Source: Cyanophora paradoxa CCMP329 | Taxonomy: Eukaryota; Plantae; Glaucophyta | Direction of reading: 5' to 3' | DNA length: 64,000 nucleotides | NCBI GenBank assembly: GCA_004431415.1 | Contig: QPMI01000496.1 | Span: 310,001-374,000, forward strand | Shown here: positions 60,274-64,000 of the stretch, piece by piece | Numbering within the stretch: the first letter of the stretch is position 1 | Layout: each line of letters opens with the position of its first letter | The notes under the pieces: model-generated | The model's database searches: none | What the model was told of the DNA's origin: nothing | The model's input: the letters and a program-made list of their open reading frames with translations, nothing else | Position numbers and translations under genes: made by a program

Positions 60274-63200
60274 ATGCGTAGGTCACCGGTGGTCAAGGGC
60301 GCGCATGCGCATCAGAAACTTCCGCTGCGCGCCCACCTTTCCGATCTGCAGCTTCAATGGGCGACCGCGCCGCTGCAGCCCGCGCGGGGAACGGCGATCC
60401 GCTTCTTCGCCGCTGGGGTCCTTGTCGACGTGTCGGGCGGCTCGTCCGCAGCCGATCGCTTCGCGATGTCGGCCGCGGCATGTTCGCCCGGAACTGCCGC
60501 CCGGAAAGCGGCCGCCGCCCTCGACACAGCCCTCAACGGGACTTTCGCTCGGATCGTCCAACGGGCCCAGGCCTTTGGTGGCGACTGCGTGCAGAGCCTC
60601 GGGGACGCCATTTTGATCCTTGTCTACGCTTCGAGCGAGGATGCGCTAGAGGGCGCAATGCGGGCGGCGGTCAAGATCGCAATGTCCGTCGTCGGGATGG
60701 AGTATACGTATGATCAAGAGGCGGACAATATCGCGGGTCCAGATATGGATTCGTACAGTTGCGTCGAGGCATGCGCAGATCCGGAGCAGCTGCAGGGCGG
60801 GGCTATCGCTGCGGACTTTGAATTTGAGGAAGGGACGTCGTCGACGTCGCGATCGATGCGCTCGCGGGGCCGATCGATATTGCGATCCGAGCGACTCGAT
60901 TGTGGCGTCAGCCAAGCTAGCCCTGCGGGCATCTTTCCGAAGCACACCGCTGATTCGGAGCCTAGACCTGAAGGCGACCCTTCTAAACATAGTTTCGCCG
61001 ACCAAGAGGACAGGTGCGCACATTCATGCAGCCTTGCGAATCAGCTTTCCGATTTTCGCATGTTCGGTGCTTTAAACATTTTCGCGCAGCCTGCGGCTCC
61101 ATGTCGCCGTCTCTGCCGGCCGCTTCTTCGCGTTGCGGCTTGGGGAAGACATCGGTGGGGCTAGCGCTGAGAGGGACGGCCGCGTCACCATCCTCGGCGC
61201 GCCGCTTGCGCGCCTCGCCGCCGGAATCCGCCTCGCCGGCGCGCAGCAGATCTGCTTCGCCCCCGAGGTCCGGCAAAGATGGTTGATCTTTCAATCTGGG
61301 CTGCATACGAAAGTTTTATTTCCGAACGGGCGCCGGCAGGTCGCAATCGATTGTGCAGCCAGCTGTGCTCCCGCCCAGCTGCTCCGCCGTACGCGGGAGG
61401 GTTACGGTGTGTTCGGGGCGGCACCCGCGGCCGCCTCGATTTCAACATCGACCACAAAACCGCGTCACGAACAATTGCAAGCGCACGGTCGATCGACCAC
61501 AGCATCATTGTTGACCCCGCGGGCGGCCGATGCCGATCGCGACGATTGGGGCGCTCGAGCTTCGTCCCCAGTGTCTTCGAATTCCCCCAACAACGTATGC
61601 ATGTTTATAAGTTTGCAGTACACAATGTATGCTCAATTATTCATCGCCCGGCTCGCAGGTGAGATCTAGAGGGAATTCGAACAGCGGCCGGTTCCGAGAG
61701 GCATTTCGCGCCCTCCGCTCCTCCTTCCGAATCCGGGCCTCGCCCGGCGCAGTGGCGCCTGCCTCACAAGAGCCGGCGGAATTCGAAGAGGAAGCGGCTG
61801 AGGCGGATATCGATCCATTGTCCGGAGAGGCGCCCGGTCCCCTGCGGACAGCCCTTCTCCAATGCCTCCCAAGAGATCTCCGCGCTGCTATTGAGCTCGG
61901 GAATCGGTGCGCATACACACGCGGCGCGGCGCCGGCTGATCAAAATCTATATACATATATAATGGGAAGCAGTCTGATTGTCGAATGTCTTCCCGTGCAG
62001 GCTCTCGATGGAGCTGCGGAGGGTGACTTTCGTCTATGTTCGCATCGACGGCTTCTCCTCAACTGCGCTCGAGTCGCTAGCTATAGGCGACGAGCTCCCC
62101 CGCGAAATGGCGCGCGCGCAATGTCACGATTCACATATGCATTGTTAATGGTTGATTTATCTCGCAAAACTATTACTAACTGTGATTGTCCGACAGCTTC
62201 AATACTTGTTGCGGTGCACGCGGATCGTGCATAATGCAGTCGAGGGAGCCGGCGGCGTCATTCGCGGCCGCTTCGTTGAGCAAGGAGACCTCTGCGTGCG
62301 TCGATTTGCGCGTCTTGCATCTCTAGCTAGATCTGGATCCGGATCTGATCGTACGCGCGCGTTTACATTAATATGCGTCCCTCTACTACGAATACGTATG
62401 TTTGTCCACGCAGTGTTTGTGCACGGTTCGCATACGATGCACTTCTTTAAATCATTTTTGAATTCTCGCCGTTGCAAAATCTTCGGTTACAACTGTTCGT
62501 AAATTTGATATGCGGTCCTATCTGCTGCAGTGGGGCGCAATCGGGTTGGAGGCGAGCGACGAGGATATCTGCCGGGCAGCCTTGGCGGCGCTGCGCATAC
62601 GGGACAGCTTTGCCGCCGACAGGCTGGGGAACGCGTCCATCGGCATCGCTACAGGCCCTGTATTCGTGGGCCTGGTGGGGGATCCTTCACGTGCTGAGTT
62701 CACTTGCGTGGGGCGGTGCGTGCACCTCGCCACATCAATTATATTCGTTTGCATATATATACATATGCATACGCATGCATATGCAAGTTTCGTACATGCG
62801 CTATATATATACATGCATGCGCATATCATACTAGCTATAGTATGCATGCACCGGTAGCCCCGTACGCGTGGCTCACGTGTGAATTCGCACAGAGCGTGCA
62901 CCTTCGCTTCTCGCCTGATGCGGGCCGCGGGCGGCGCCGTGTGGGTCGACGCCGAGACCGCTCGCGCTCTCGCGACATCGACGAATAAGCGTCTTGCTAC
63001 GGAGGTGCTTTCCGAGTTCTAAATGACCTATTTCAATGTTGTTTTATAATGAAACATTTTCGCGAAGGAGGTGGAAGTACCAGCAGATCTAGATCTCGAT
63101 CGCGACTTCGAATTCGAATTCCAAGGACAATCTAGGCCTGGCCCTACCCTGTCGCAGTGTTTCCGCTTGCTTGACGACTCGGCGCAATCGCTGCGGCTTC

Positions 63201-64000
63201 GAACCCACTGCCCCAACTCCCGGATTCTTTCAAACCTCCTGTCTGCCCTCGTTGAGCGCTCGTCGGCATCATCAGAAGCAGCGGCGTCTTCGGGGAGCGA
63301 ATGCCCTAGGTCTGCCGCGATTTCGAACGTAAACTCGACTGGCTTTGCATGCGGTGTCGAACACGATGACAGCGAGACCCGCGAGGCTCTGCAGGTGCTC
63401 GTTATTATGAATTATACATACTATAGCTACCAATAACACAATAAAAGAATCCGTTTACGCGCTTTGCGAACACCCAATCGCAAAGTATCGATAAATACGT
63501 ATAGATCAACTCAGCTTCAGCTGCAGGTGGCTGCCGCTTCACCCGAGAGTCTCGTCTCTGGGCGGCGGGAGGCCCTCAAGAATATAGTCGATTTGCTCGT
63601 AGCTGCGCGCGGTAGGGCCGAGGGCTTCACTGTCTTTCTCGAGGGCGGCCCTGGCCAAGGGTGCGTGCCGCACTGCGGCAGGGAATTTCTGCAGCTGCTT
63701 TTCCGCTATACCTCGAGCTCGTTATCACTTCGCGACTTGTTGACGAATTGCATTGCTGACAGAAAAACGGTGCTCATGCACGAGGCGGAACGGCTGGCTG
63801 CAATCGCCAGCGTGCCAATTCTGAGCGTGAAGGTGGATCCTAAGGAGCTGTTCCCTTTCGAGGCAATCCGACAGGTCAGCACCATCCGTCCACTCGCCGA
63901 GCGAAGTTAACATCGCGAGCGCAGCTGCTGCTGCTGCTCGTGCAATCGGGAAGACCCAAGGAGGCGGAAGCCAAGGCCGCAACAGAGATGGAAACAAACA
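60274..64000 (+). CDS. Soluble adenylyl cyclase (ADCY10)-like class III cyclase plus STAND/AAA ATPase, multi-exon, runs off window; start uncertain
   Basis: C1: VDVSG...FGGDCVQSLGDAIL, LRLHVAVSAG. C2: ASIGIATGPVFVGLVG..SRAEFTCVG..ASRLM..VWVDAET. Then GRRE..FLEGGPGQG/KT Walker A. Confidence 0.82.

Noticed and set aside
61100-62920. Frameshifts making the cyclase gene a pseudogene
   Set aside because: Apparent frame changes near 61140 and 62900 resolve with GT-AG introns in the proper phase.

Overview
Eukaryotic nuclear DNA from a GC-rich, intron-dense, probably flagellated protist or alga; the species cannot be fixed from sequence alone. (1) 1-~10321 is the right arm of an endogenous Polinton/Maverick-like DNA virus. 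It carries a long repeat-built fibre gene with a phage-type peptidase-S74 chaperone, two paralogous fibre-like ORFs, small ORFs, a retroviral-like integrase, and a protein-primed PolB with a putative vOTU/Zn N-terminus split by one in-frame amber codon. It ends in a repeat- and hairpin-rich terminus (...CACACT). No capsid or packaging ATPase gene was recognised in this window. (2) ~10.3-14.5 kb is a repeat patch with MITEs, a tRNA-derived SINE-like element and a poly(A) retro-insertion with an 18-bp TSD. (3) ~14.8-39.1 kb is a tightly packed host gene block with many GC-AG introns: CREG-like, coiled-coil proteins, a NUDT14-like Nudix hydrolase, DRC11/IQCA1, a BRWD/PHIP-like bromodomain protein, adenylate kinase and IF-3. 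(4) ~41.4-52.9 kb is an ~11.5-kb non-LTR retrotransposon (APE-RT-RNase H, frameshifted) bracketed by an identical 58-bp direct repeat. (5) ~53.5-59.5 kb is nested MITEs plus an internally deleted L1/Tx1-like LINE with a 13-bp TSD. (6) From ~60.3 kb a soluble adenylyl cyclase-like/STAND gene runs off the window end. All family calls come from motif recognition by eye, not database searches.
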